Part shown: positions 11,801 through 23,970 of the stretch, piece by piece
Numbering within the stretch: the stretch's first letter is position 1
Layout of the letters: each line of letters begins with the position of its first letter
Origin: Macrostomum lignano
Taxonomy: Eukaryota
Reading direction: 5' to 3'
Length of the DNA stretch: 64,000 nt
Assembly (NCBI GenBank): GCA_002269645.1
Contig: NIVC01001817.1
Coordinates: 124,001 to 188,000, forward strand
Notes under the pieces: generated by a model
Seen by the model: only the letters and a program-made list of their open reading frames with translations
Databases searched by the model: none
Told to the model about the DNA's origin: nothing
Program-made: the position numbers and the translations under genes

Positions 11801-14800
11801 ATCCTAGACTTGACTTGCTAATCTTCAACGCATCATCATCATATTTTCGCACCCGCCAGGCCACAAGCACTTCAACCTATTTCCTCGCAGTATCAGCGAT
11901 CTGGCCGCCAGATTTCGGGTGTCGGAGTTTCATCTGACCCTCAGCCAGGGCTACTGGAACCATGCAGCCTGGGGCTACGCCAGCCAGCCGCAGCCGCAGG
12001 GCGCCGAGCTTTGGGCTTGGCTAGGAAGTCACGGCTCAGAATCGGACAAAGTTGAATCGAATTGGCGCGAGTTTGTCTCAGCCGTGTCCGGTATGTTCTG
12101 CGCGTCGGTTAACGCTATGGCTACTGGGGCGGTGGCCACCAGTCCCGCATGGAGCTACCGACCAGAGGGTCTGTCTCAGCGTGGCCGCGAGCCGCGGACC
12201 CTGCGACTAGCCCAGATTGTCAATCAAGGCGTTTGCACGGAAAATCTGACACCCTGGTCGCGTCTGTTGCCATGCAAAAAGCAGGCTGGTATTGGACAGT
12301 TATTAAATGCTGTTAAATTGCACGATTCGGCTTATAATTCGGTGCAGGTGCACTTTAAACCCACGCATCGGGGCTTAGCGTTGAGACTGGCATTTACGGC
12401 TGTTATTGACAGACGAATTGCTCAGCTGGGCAAGGCTGACTGGTGAGTAAAAAAAATTTTTCTAGTAGTTGTAAATGTAACTATATTGAATTATATGGTT
12501 TTGAATAAACATGTGTGATAAAGTTGTGAATCATTCACCTGTGTGATAAAGTTGTGAATCATTCACCTGTGTGATAAAGTTGTGAATCATTCACCTGTGT
12601 GATACAGTTGTGAATCATTCACCTGTGTGATACCGTTGTGAATCATTCACCTGTGTGATACCGTTGTGAATCATTCACCTGTGATACAGTTGTGAACCAT
12701 TCACCTGTGTGATACAGTTGGGAACCATTCACTTGTGTGATACAGTTGTGAACCATTCACCTGTGTGAAACAGTTGTGAACCATTCACCTGTGTGATACA
12801 GTTGTGAACCATTCACCTGTGTGATAAAGTTGTGAAACATTCACCTGTGTGATAAAGTTGTGAAACATTCACCTGTGTGATACAGTTGTGAACCATTCAC
12901 CTGTGTGATACAGTTGTGAACCATTCACCTGTGTGATACATTTGTGAGCCATTCACTTGTGTGATAAAGTTGTGAACCATTCACTTGTGAGATACAGTTG
13001 TAAACCATTTACCTGTGTGATACAGTTGTAAACCATTTACCTGTGTGATACAGTTGTAAACACTTCACCTGTGAGATACAGTTGTGAATCATTCACCTGT
13101 GTGATACAGTTGTGAACCATTCACCTGTGTGATACAGTTGTAAACACTTCACCTGTGTGATACAGTTGTGAACCATTCACCTGTGTGATAAAGTTGTAAA
13201 CACTTCACCTGTGTGATACAGTTGTGAACCATTCGCCTCTTTGATACAGCTGTGAGCCTTTCACTTCTGTGATACAGTTGTGAACCATTCACCTGTGTGA
13301 TACAGTTGTGAATCATTCACCTGTGTGATGCAGTTGTAAACCATTCACCTGTGTGATACAGTTGTGAATCATTCACCTTTGTGATGCAGCTGTGAACCCG
13401 ACTGTTATATTAACCCGCACGCCTGTCCGTCTCACCCAGGTCAGTTCACAGTCTCCTCAGCCGAGCCGTGTCCTTGCCCTGCTCCCTGGCAACCGGCCAA
13501 ACCGGTTCTCGCCTGTTGGTCTTGAAGCGAACCGCCCCAGACCCTGACCAATCAGCTGTGCAGCCCGAGCCGCTGCAATCGTACAACTTGGCCAATGGGC
13601 TCAAACTATTGGACTACAATCTCACTAAAATGTTGGATGACGAAGCCAAAGATTCTGTGGATGTGAAATTTAATTTTCCCTGGACTTGGGTGCCAGTCGA
13701 AAGGCTGCAGTCGCCACCTGTTGTTGCGCAGAAGTATCAGGTTAGATAGCGAATCTCAGTAGTTCACTGCTACTGAAATACGACTACTACTATTAATAAT
13801 ACTTATAGTATAGTAGTACTTCTTTAGTAGTATATTGTGTAATACAGAATATAGATATAGAATATAGTGTCATACTATACTAGTACTACTACTACTACTA
13901 CTACTACTCTTACCTACAAATTATCATTAATATTTTCACAGATCGGCACAGGCAGCGAGATGGGAGGAGTTGTAGTTGCTATTAGCAACCGGCATCCAAG
14001 TCAAGCAATTAACGTTATCATACTGGAGATTGTGCCCTGGCAACTAAGGATGCTGTTTCACACGCTGGAATTGACGCTGGGAGATAACTTGGCTCACAAA
14101 GCCAATAAGGTAGGAGAGTAGCGCTGTGTATTGTATTGCTGAGATGGTTTTTATCAGAGCAGAGCTAAGGTAGATTAGAGGCGAAACAGAGGCCTGGTTA
14201 TGGGTAATTCAGAGGTAGATTATGGGCGGATCGGAGGGTAGTTTAGGGGCGGATCGGAGGGTAGATTAGGGTCAGATGGGAGGGTAGATTAGGAGTGGAT
14301 CAGGGGGTAGATAAGGAGTGGATCAGAGGGTAGATTAGAGTGGATCAGAGGGTAGATTAGGAGTGGATCAGAGGGTAGATTAGGAGTGGATCGGAGGGTA
14401 GATTAGGAGTGGATCAGAGGGTAGATTAGGAGTGGTTCAGAGGGTAGATTAGGAGTGGATCAGAGGGTAGATTAGGGTCAGATCGGAGGGTAGATTAGAG
14501 GCGGATCAGAAGTTAGATTAGGAGTGGATCGGAGGGTAGATTAGGAGTGGATCGGAGGGTAGATTAGGAGTGGATCAGAGGGTAGATTAGGGTCAGATCG
14601 GAGGGTAGATTAGAGGCGGATCAGAAGTTAGATTAGGAGTGGATCGGAGGGTAGATTAGGAGTGGATCGGAGGGTAGATTAGGAGTGGATCGGAGGGTAG
14701 ATTAGAGGCGGATCAGAAGTTAGATTAGGAGTGGATCGGAGGGTAGATTAGGAGTGGATCGGAGGGTAGATTAGGAGTGGATCGGAGGGTAGATTAGAGT

Positions 14801-15620
14801 GGATCAGAGGGTAGATTAGGGGCGAATCAGAGGGTAGATTAGGAGTGGATCAGAGGGTAGATTAGGGGCGAATCAGAGGGTAGATTAGGGGCGAATCAGA
14901 GGGTAGATTAGGAGTGGATCAGAGGGTAGATTAGGAGTGGATCAGAGGGTAGATTAGGAGTGGATCAGAGGGTAGATTAGGAGTGGATCAGAGGGTAGAT
15001 TAGGAGTGGATCAGAGGGTAGATTAGGGGCGGAACAGAGGCAGATTAGGGCGGATAAATCAGATGCAAAAACATGTGTATACATAAAAAATCGCCCCAAC
15101 CCCCCAGGTGCACTACCAGCAAAGCGTGGACCGGGTCAGGCCAGCCAAACTCGAACTGTTAGTAACCGTGCCGCCCCGAACCAGCCTACGCGTGAGCTAC
15201 CGTTTCACAAAGCAGCTGGTTCGATGGAACGAATTCCCGCCTGACGCAAATCACGGCCTGTACCTGCCGCCAACCGTCGTGTCATTTGTTGCACCATCCG
15301 ATTCGAGTCTTCGCCTGCCAGTGCTGCCCCAGACGGTTCTGTCCATCGCCGAGTTGACTGCTAACAGAAACGCCACTACTCCAGAGCCAATATTCGTCCG
15401 CCTGTACACCGAAGCTCTGCTAGTGAATGCGCCTAAACCGGATTTCAGCATGCCCTACAATGTACTGTGCTTAGTTTGCACTGTACTGGCTATTGGTTCC
15501 GGTTTCATGCACAATGTCGCCTGCAAACTGGCCTCGGTTTCCAATCCGAATCCGGCGGACAAGGACGCCACTTTGATGGGGCGATTGAAAAAAATGCTGA
15601 CGCCATGGCGCAGGCAATAG
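5818..15620 (+). CDS. PIGT: GPI transamidase component PIG-T; join(5818..6016,11860..12442,13440..13740,13942..14109,15108..15620), about 587 aa
   Basis: Signal peptide, FSEELV, HFNLFP, EFHLTLSQGYW, CTENLTPW, PPDANHG, PDFSMPYNVLCL. All introns are GT-AG with consistent phases (1,2,0,0). Confidence 0.95.
6289..7100. mobile_element. Non-autonomous TIR element (Mutator/Foldback-like MITE) in PIG-T intron 1
   Basis: Long inverted arms starting GGCAGTGCTTATTTAGCCGGC; 9-bp direct repeat AAAATAAAA at 6280-6288 and 7101-7109. Confidence 0.85.
10640..11695. repeat. 12-bp minisatellite AATATGTAGGTC in PIG-T intron 1
   Basis: Read directly from the sequence. Confidence 0.95.
12510..13400. repeat. 28-bp minisatellite GTGTGATACAGTTGTGAACCATTCACCT in PIG-T intron 2
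   Basis: Read directly; unit contains the inverted motif GTGAA..TTCAC. Confidence 0.95.
14200..15050. repeat. 23-bp minisatellite GAGGGTAGATTAGGAGTGGATC(A/G) in PIG-T intron 4
   Basis: Read directly from the sequence. Confidence 0.95.
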
Positions 15621-15633
15621 AATCTAATAATTA

Positions 15634-15855
15634 GGTAAACGGCGGGAGTAATCTAATTTTAAATAAGTAATTTTTATACTTCGCCATCTGATTAGGTCTA
15701 AACTTCAGGTAAATGGCCGGAGCAGCTATCTATTAGCATATAAAGCGGTATTGCCTCGCCATCTAATTAGTTTCTTATTTTATGTGAAGATTGGGTAAAC
15801 AGCAAGAGTAACTATCTGTAAGGTATAAACCGTTGATGCCTCGTCATCTAATTAG
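15634..15855 (+). repeat. Three tandem degenerate copies of a 62-nt 28S rRNA segment (R2 target region) at 15634-15695, 15708-15770 and 15794-15855
   Basis: Arms GGTAAACGGCGGGAGTAA and ATGCCTCGTCATCTAATTAG match the conserved eukaryotic LSU sequence recalled from memory. Confidence 0.85.
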
Positions 15856-16384
15856 CTATAAAAGCAATTTCTGGAAAAAGCATTTTCGGTTCCTTAAGTA
15901 GGAAAGAAATTGAGAAGAATTTTTGTGTTACTTGTATCAATTTGCTTTGTTTTCTCATTTTTGTATTTTTCCTTATTCTGTTAAATCTTTCTCTTGTGTT
16001 GTCAGTGAGCAACGATGCTGTCAGTGAAATAACTATATTTACTTGAATTAAAAAAATATTCTTCGCGTTTAAAATATACTGCTGTCCTAAGAATAAAAAT
16101 CTATCCAATTTTCTCAAATGCCAAAATTGCACCCGTTATGGTGCGCCTCTTCAATTTGCTGCCTTTGCTCTATCTACTGTTCCTTTCTGTTACAAGTAGT
16201 ACAGTACACTGAAATTTGAAGGCTTATTGCTTCTGTCAAACATGAGTCAGTAAAATGAAATAAATATACGAGCTTCGAGCGTAGTGTAGCCGCTGACTTT
16301 TTGTTAATTATAGTTGCTAAAAATTCTGAAACCTGTTTAACTACTGACTGCAGTTGAAAATTCTGTTGTTTGTGGGGTTTTGTA

Positions 16385-17168
16385 TTGGGGGCTGAGGGGC
16401 GATTTTTTTATTAGGGAGTGAAGGGCGATTCTTTTACCGGGGACTGCGGGGCAATTCTTTTATTGGGGACTGAGGGGCGATTCTTTTATTGGGGACTGAG
16501 AGGCGATTCTTTTATTGGGGACTGAGGGGCGATTCTTATATTGGGGACTGAGGGGCGATTCCTGTATTGGGGACTGAGGGGCGATTCTTTTATTGGGGAC
16601 TGAGGGGCGATTCCTTTATTAGGGACTGAGGGGCGATTCCTTTATTGGGGACTGAGGGGCGATTTTTTTATTGGGGACTGAGGGGCGATTCTTTTATTGG
16701 GGACTGAGGGGCGATTCCTGTATTGGGGACTGAGGGGCGATTCTTATATTGGGGACTGAGGGGCGATTCCTGTATTGGGGACTGAGGGGCGATACTTGTA
16801 TTGGGGACTGAGGGGCGATTTTTTATTGGGGACTGAGGGGCGATTCTTGTATTGGGGACTGAGGGGTGATTTTTTATTGGGGATTGAGGGGCGATACTTG
16901 TATTGGGGACTGAGGGGCGATTTTTTATTGGGGACTGAGGGGCGATTCTTGTATTGGGGACTGAGGGGCGATTCTTGTATTGGGGACTGAGGGGCGATTT
17001 TTTTATTGGGGACTGAGGGGCGATTCCTTTATTGGGGACTGAGGGGTGATTTTTTATTGGGGACTGAGGGGCGATTCTTTTATTGGGGACTGAGGGGTGA
17101 TTTTTTATTGGGGACTGAGGGGCGATTCCTTTATTGGGGACTGAGGGGTGATTTTTTATTGGGGACTG
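16385..17168. repeat. 25-26 bp minisatellite GAGGGGCGATTCTTTTATTGGGGACT
   Basis: Read directly from the sequence. Confidence 0.95.
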
Positions 17169-17920
17169 CTAGAAGTATGAATCGCAAGATTCTAACCCTG
17201 CTACGGCAATGCGATTTCGCGGTTACTAATTCTCACGCATCGGAAACAGCCGGCCTAAGTCGCATGAAAATGCTTAGCAGGATTGACACGCGAAAATCCA
17301 TCTGTAATGTGTCTAACAGTAGAACTACCAAGAGGGGGGAAATTCCCCCCTGACAATTTTTTTTGCTGCGCCGGAACGGAGCAACACAGGCACACGAAAT
17401 TCAAGAACACGGGCTAACTTTTTGTTGCGCACCTTCTCAAACAATAATCAAGTCGCCAGCCCTCCGGATCGTCGAGATATTCGATGATTCTGCCAGAAGG
17501 TCGGATTGTTTTCATAAGCGCCAGTGTATTCAGTACATCCCTGTGCGCCAATTAGCACTGCGCCTCAGTGCAGCCTTGCCAAGTCTCCAAATTTCATCAG
17601 CACGTCGACCACATGTGTCTGCATCAGCTGTGACTTCGTTGGTCACTAGCCTTCACCCAGGTGGAGCTTCTGGACCCTCAACAGCTGTGGCACCAGGTGA
17701 CTATGGACACCCTGATGGGGATTTCTCTAGTTTCGCCGATCAAGCCTCGACAGTGGGCAAACCTCAACTGCCGGACATTCTGGACTGCCGGACGTTCAGT
17801 CAGTTGAAATATTGGCATGTCATGCTTAGTCCGTCTGCAAATGTTTAGCGTGTAAGTACTGAGTTTATACGAGTACTACATCGGGTCTGGGAAAAATATC
17901 GATAAATTTTCTCTAGATTG
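17165..17920 (+). repeat. Dispersed repeat copy A (unclassified), homologous to 22699-23008
   Basis: Shared motifs CTGCTAGAAGTAT, GCATCGGAAACAGCCG, GCAGGATTGACAC, GGCATGTCATGCT, CTCTAGATTGACA. Confidence 0.75.
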
Positions 17921-18099
17921 ACAAGCAACTATGCCTGAAGCTGAAAGCTAAAATACGAGTATATCGATGAATGACCGGAGCAAAGGCTGCGCTCAGAATT
18001 CAGGATGTGTGATTCACACCCATGAGGATCAAAACCCAAATCACTATTTGTGCGAGCGCCTGTATGAGTGCCAGCCTGCGTACAATATTGAAGTTTAAC

Positions 18100-19870
18100 A
18101 ACTGCTAAATCACCTACTTTCACAACCGCGAAACTTCACAACTGCTAAATCACCTACTTTCACAACCGCGAATTTCACAACTGCTAAATCACCTACTTTC
18201 ACAACCGCGAAACATCACAACTGCTAAATCACCTACTTTCACAACCGCGAAACTTCACAACTGCTAAATCACCTACTTTCACAACCGCGAAACTTCACAA
18301 CTGCTAAATCACCTACTTTCACAACCGCGAATTTCACAACTGCTAAATCACCTACTTTCACAACCGCGAAACATCACAACTGCTAAATCACCTACTTTCA
18401 CAACCGCGAAACTTCACAACTGCTAAATCACCTACTTTCACAACCGCGAAACTTCACAACTGCTAAATCACCTACTTTCACAACCGCGAATTTCACAACC
18501 GCTAAATCACCTACTTTCACAACCGCGAAACTTCACAACTGCTAAATCACCTACTTTCACAACCGCGAATTTCACAACCGCTAAATCACCTACTTTCACA
18601 ACCGCGAATTTCACAACCGCTAAATCACCTACTTTCACAACCGCGAATTTCACAACCGCTAAATCACCTACTTTCATAAGCGCGAAACTTCACAACTGCT
18701 AAATCACCTACTTTCATAAGCGCGAAACTTCACAACTGCTAAATCACCTACTTTCACAACCGCGAAACTTCACAACCGCTAAATCACCTACTTTCATAAG
18801 CGCGAAACTTCACAACTGCTAAATCACCTACTTTCACAACCGCGAATTTCACAACTGCTAAATCACCTACTTTCACAACCGCGAAACTTCACAACTGCTA
18901 AATCACCTACTTTCACAACCGCGAAACATCACAACTGCTAAATCACCTACTTTCACAACCGCGAATTTCACAACTGCTAAATCACCTACTTTCACAACCG
19001 CGAAACTTCACAACTGCTAAATCACCTACTTTCACAACCGCGAAACATCACAACTGCTAAATCACCTACTTTCACAACCGCGAAACTTCACAACTGCTAA
19101 ATCACCTACTTTCACAACCGCGAATTTCACAACTGCTAAATCACCTACTTTCACAACCGCGAAACTTCACAACTGCAAAATCACCTACTTTCATAAGCGC
19201 GAAACATCACAACTGCAAAATCACCTACTTTCATAAGCGCGAAACATCACAACTGCAAAATCACCTACTTTCATAAGCGCGAAACTTCACAACTGCAAAA
19301 TCACCTACTTTCACAACCGCGAAACTTCACAACTGCAAAATCACCTACTTTCACAACCGCGAAACATCACAACTGCTAAATCACCTACTTTCACAACCGC
19401 GAAACTTCACAACTGCTAAATCACCTACTTTCACAACCGCGAAACTTCAAAACTGCAAAATCACCTACTTTCATAAGCGCGAAACATCACAACTGCAAAA
19501 TCACCTACTTTCACAACCGCGAAACATCACAACTGCTAAATCACCTACTTTCACAACCGCGAAACTTCACAACTGCTAAATCACCTACTTTCACAACCGC
19601 GAAACTTCACAACTGCTAAATCACCTACTTTCACAACCGCGAATTTCACAACTGCTAAATCACCTACTTTCACAACCGCGAATTTCACAACTGCTAAATC
19701 AGCTACTTTCACAACCGCGAAACTTCACAACTGCAAAATCACATACTTTCATAAGCGCGAAACTTCACAAACGCGAAACTTCACAACCGCTAAATGTCAT
19801 CTACTTTCATAAACGCGAAACTTCGCAACCGCTAAATGTCATCTACTTTCATAAACGCGAAACTTCACAA
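18100..19870. repeat. 39-40 bp minisatellite CTGCTAAATCACCTACTTTCACAACCGCGAAACTTCACAA, about 44 copies
   Basis: Read directly from the sequence. Confidence 0.95.
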
Positions 19871-20162
19871 GACTGCAGTATATAAAAGTAAGTGCAAAAA
19901 TTTTAGCGGTTGTGAAGTTTCGCGTTGGTGAGTTTTGCGTTTATATTTGAGCCAATTATAACTCATCCGAATTACGAGCTAAATAGACTTGACAATTTTA
20001 AAAAAGCTGGAAATATCGTTAAAATTTAGTTCAAGGTATAGATCGCAATATATGATCATGGACCTAATACGAGTATAAATAAAGCTAAAAATTATCAGAA
20101 TAATATTTTTGCAAAATGAACATTACTGATACCTCGTATCGAAGTACAAGCTCTTCTGTATT

Positions 20163-20977
20163 TCAGCACAGCCCCTTCAGCAGAGCAACTTCAGCGTCGC
20201 TCAGAGCTCTCTCTGACACTCCGAAGCATCTCATGAAGCCCTCGAAGACGCGGTTGTGATCGGCACTGCGAGTGATGGCTCCGATCTGCACGTTGCTGCC
20301 GAAGTTCGCGCACGAGGTCAAAGCGGTAGCCGAGCCGCTGGTGGCCTGTCGAGTTCCGTTGACGAGGATCCTGATTTCCGGTGTCTGCTTGTCGTACACC
20401 GCGGCGATGTGGGTCCAACCGCTGGCCGTGTCGGTGAGTCCGGACACTGAGACCCTCGATGCAACATGGAACATGATGTCGGCAGCCGTAGGAAAAAGCC
20501 AAAACCGAGTGTGGCATGAAGAAGGCATGGTGAGGCCCTCCAGCAGAGGCATCGAACCTCTCGCTAGGCTGGTGACCTTGACCCACACTGACATGCTGAG
20601 GCTGGTGAGACACACTGAAGTCAGCTGGTCAATGTTGAACCACTCTGACACACCCGACTGACCAGTGAAGTTGACGGAGCTGTCCGTGTACTGCATCGGG
20701 ATGTTCTCCTGCAGGTCGAGATGGCCGCTGTTCGAGACCGCATTGCGAGTCCGAGTGGCGTTGCTCATGGGCCAGAAGGCGACGAGGCCGAGCTGACGAA
20801 GTGACGAAGCTGAGAGCACAGGAAGGCGCAAATGAGGGCGCTCGAGGCCGCCAGCGAGTGCTGCGGAGTCTGCGGCACCACGCAGCCGCCGAGCGAGATG
20901 TTGCTGTGCAGCTCGCTGCCGGCTTGGGTGATGGCGGGCAGGACGAAGAGAATGAGCAGAAGAGGAAAGCTGCTCAT
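20163..20977 (-). pseudogene. Intronless secreted LamG/concanavalin A-like domain gene with a frameshift (about 268 aa if repaired)
   Basis: Signal peptide MSSFPLLLILFVLPAITQA lies in one frame; LVAFWPM, SMSVWVK, WTHIAAVYD, ILVNG, FEGFMRCF, ALSDAEV lie in another. The two frames join if an 8-bp duplication is removed. Confidence 0.75.
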
Positions 20978-21599
20978 TTTGCTGTTGCAACAGTTCTGTC
21001 TGCTGACTTTTTTAATGAATGGAGGAATGAAGAAAAATTTTTGGCCTGCTTTCTCGTCCTGCTAATATGCTAATATTGCATCCATCAGCCAATCCCCTTC
21101 CAGTTCCGTAGATTCGTTTTCGCGCTGGTTTGAGGGACCTTAATTGGCGCATCAGTTTTCTGAATTATCGTTCCTAGCGATCCGAGTAGGAAGTTTTTCT
21201 ATTTCCTGTGAGTGTTTTTTTTAAGTTATTATTTGTTCCCCAGGAACTTTATAATTGCATGTCGGTGCATCTACAGGAAATCTACAAATTAATTACAGGG
21301 AAGGGATGGGAATAGGAATGATTGAGACTCCCGATGAGGAATGCTTGTTCAAAAAGGAGAATCATCTCGGAGTCGCGGCCGGTTGAAGCTTTGGCTTTTC
21401 GAAGAGTTTCGTCTAGATGAGTTTCTTCAAGATCGAAGGCAAATCACACAGTAAATGACTTCCGCTTCACATGCAGGTAGATGGCCTATTTTGCATTATG
21501 TACGTCATAGTTGAATTTTCAGTAGAGCCAGAAGTACTTGAGGTACGCTTGGTCAGCGACGAAGCTTTAAAAAATAGCACTGAGATTTTTTCCGCACAC

Positions 21600-22459
21600 A
21601 GTCACTACATTGACGGATGGCACGCCAATCTCTTTCCCACTACCACAGAGGACTGTGTCAATTTACGGCTCAAGAAATTCCCATAGACTACTGACTGGCT
21701 TACTTAACTATTGAGTTCCAACTGTCCTAAAATTTGCGCTTGACTGATACTACAGTTTATTTTAGAACTTCTATGGTAAAAACAGTCCAGAATCATGTAG
21801 TAAATTCTTCCTGATACCACAAACTTGTCGAACTTTACTGTATAATTAATTCAACTTATGCGAGACTCAAAATGGCTAACAAAATTGTCGAGGCCGCAAT
21901 TGCAATTATGGAAGGTTCCCTTGTTTTCACCAGCGATGGCAGCGACAGCGAATATGTGAGTGTCGATGAGAGTTGCTGGACGAGGAAGATGGTGAGAGCA
22001 ATGCGGAAGTAGCTGAGCATGGAGTCGAGTTCGCCAAAACTGTGTACTTGCTGGACACGAACGGTGTTGCTGAAAGCACGGAAGTAGTGAGGCGAGTGAT
22101 CCGAGGCGGAGCGGAGGAGTCAGTTTTAAAGCCGAATTCGGTGCTGCAGTACAATAAGAACATGGGAGGCGTTGATCGCCTTGATGCATTAAATATTGTT
22201 TACCTAATTGTTTTTTGTTCTGTTGTCCTTTTTTAAAGTTTTTATAGTTTTTGTTATCTATCCTGTACTTGCAGTCAAATATAGTTGAAAAATTACATTA
22301 TGAAAAAATAGCATGGTACGCACAGCATACCATCCGTAACTTATAGAGATGTCAAAGAGTCATATCTGTGCTAAACCATCTAGGCCATAGACACGTATTC
22401 TCTGCATATGGTTAAAATGAGACTCATGGCGTGCCATCAGTGTTGGGGGGGGGGGTTAA
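21600..22459 (+). mobile_element. Internally deleted piggyBac-like transposon remnant
   Basis: KPNSVLQYNKNMGGVDRLD motif; acidic N-terminal region; right end GGG-TTAA at 22453-22459; inverted 12-mer GATGGCACGCCA at 21616-21627 and 22427-22438. Confidence 0.75.
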
Positions 22460-22698
22460 AGAACTGCCTACTACTGCCACTGCTACTACTGCTACACTAC
22501 TACTACTAGATTACTACTACTACTACTAGTACTACTACATTACTACTACTACTACTAGTACTACTACATTACTACTACTACTACTAATACTACTATTATT
22601 ACTACTCTACCTCACCGTCGGGACCTCCAACAGGTGGCACCAGATGACTATGTATGCATCGAAAGAGAATACATGTATACAGTGACCGCCTCTTAGGC

Positions 22699-23008
22699 AC
22701 TGCTAGAAGTATAAATACATGTAGTAGGATTCACATCCTGATGCAATAGCAAACTGCATTCGCGGATATCTCTCGTGCATCGGAAACAGCCGCTCAAGTC
22801 GTAAGAAATTAATTTGCAGGATTGACACTCGAAAAGAAACATCTGTATGCTTCCAAAATATTCTCACAAAAGCATTTGCTGGGAGAATTTTGTTGAGTTA
22901 TTCGGGAGATAGGCATGTCATGCTGGCTTGTCTATACCGAATCCATCCGTTATTGACACCGGAAGTCGAAACAAAACATCGATAACTTTCTCTAGATTGA
23001 CAGACAAC
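22699..23008 (+). repeat. Dispersed repeat copy B, a shorter homologue of 17165-17920
   Basis: Same collinear motifs as copy A. Confidence 0.75.
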
Positions 23009-23087
23009 TTGAAAATTTGCTGAAAACTGTCAGTCAATTTTGAGAAACAGATCTCTTCAGCGGAATGGGCAAAACTGCCTCAGCGCT

Positions 23088-23970
23088 GGGACTGAGTGGC
23101 GATTTTTGTATTGGGGACTGAGGGGCGATTCTTTAATTGGGGACTGAGGGGCGATTCTTTTATTGGGGACTGAGGGGCGATTCTTTTATTGGGGACTGAG
23201 GGGCGATTCTTTTATTGGGGCGCGACTGAGGGGCGATTCTTTTATTGGGGACTGAGGGGTGATTCTTTTATGGGGACTGAGGGGCGATTCTTTTATTGGG
23301 AACTGAGGGGCGATTCTTTTATGGGGACTGAGGGGCGATTCTATTATTGGGAACTGAGGGGCGATTCTTTTATGGGGACTGAGGGGCGATTCTATTATTG
23401 GGAACTGAGGGGCGATTCTTGTATTGGGGACTGAGGAGCGATTCTTTTATTGGGGATTGAGGGGCGATTCTTTTATTGGGGACTGAGGGGCGATTCTTTT
23501 ATTGGGGACTGAGGAGCGATTCTTTTATTGGGGATTGAGGGGCGATTCTTTTATTGGGGACTGAGGGGCGATTCTTTTATTGGGGACTGAGGGGCGATTT
23601 TTATATTGGGGACTGAGGGGCGATTCTTATATTGGGGACTGAGGGGTGATTCTTTTATTGGGGACTGAGGAGCGATTCTTTTATTGGGGACTGAGGGGCG
23701 ATTCTTTTATTGGGGATTGAGGGGCGATTCTTTTATTGGGGATTGAGGGGCGATTCTTTTATTGGGGATTGAGGGGCGATTTTTATATTGGGGACTGAGG
23801 GGCGATTTTTATATTGGGGACTGAGGGGCGATTTTTATATTGGGGATTGACGGGCGATTTTTATATTGGGGATTGAGGGGCGATTTTTATATTGGGAATT
23901 GAGGGGCGATTTTTATATTGGGAATTGAGGGGCGATTTTTATATTGGGAATTGAGGGGCGATTTTTATAT
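23088..23970. repeat. 25-26 bp minisatellite, same family and orientation as 16385-17168
   Basis: Read directly from the sequence. Confidence 0.95.

Noticed and set aside
15634-15855. True rRNA gene, or C/D snoRNA guides on the minus strand
   Set aside because: Similarity stops at 62 nt, helix 69 pairing is lost, and no CTGA D box sits at the expected position after the antisense arms.
17363-17848. 161-aa ORF inside dispersed element A
   Set aside because: Non-ATG start, no recognisable motif, and largely absent from copy B.
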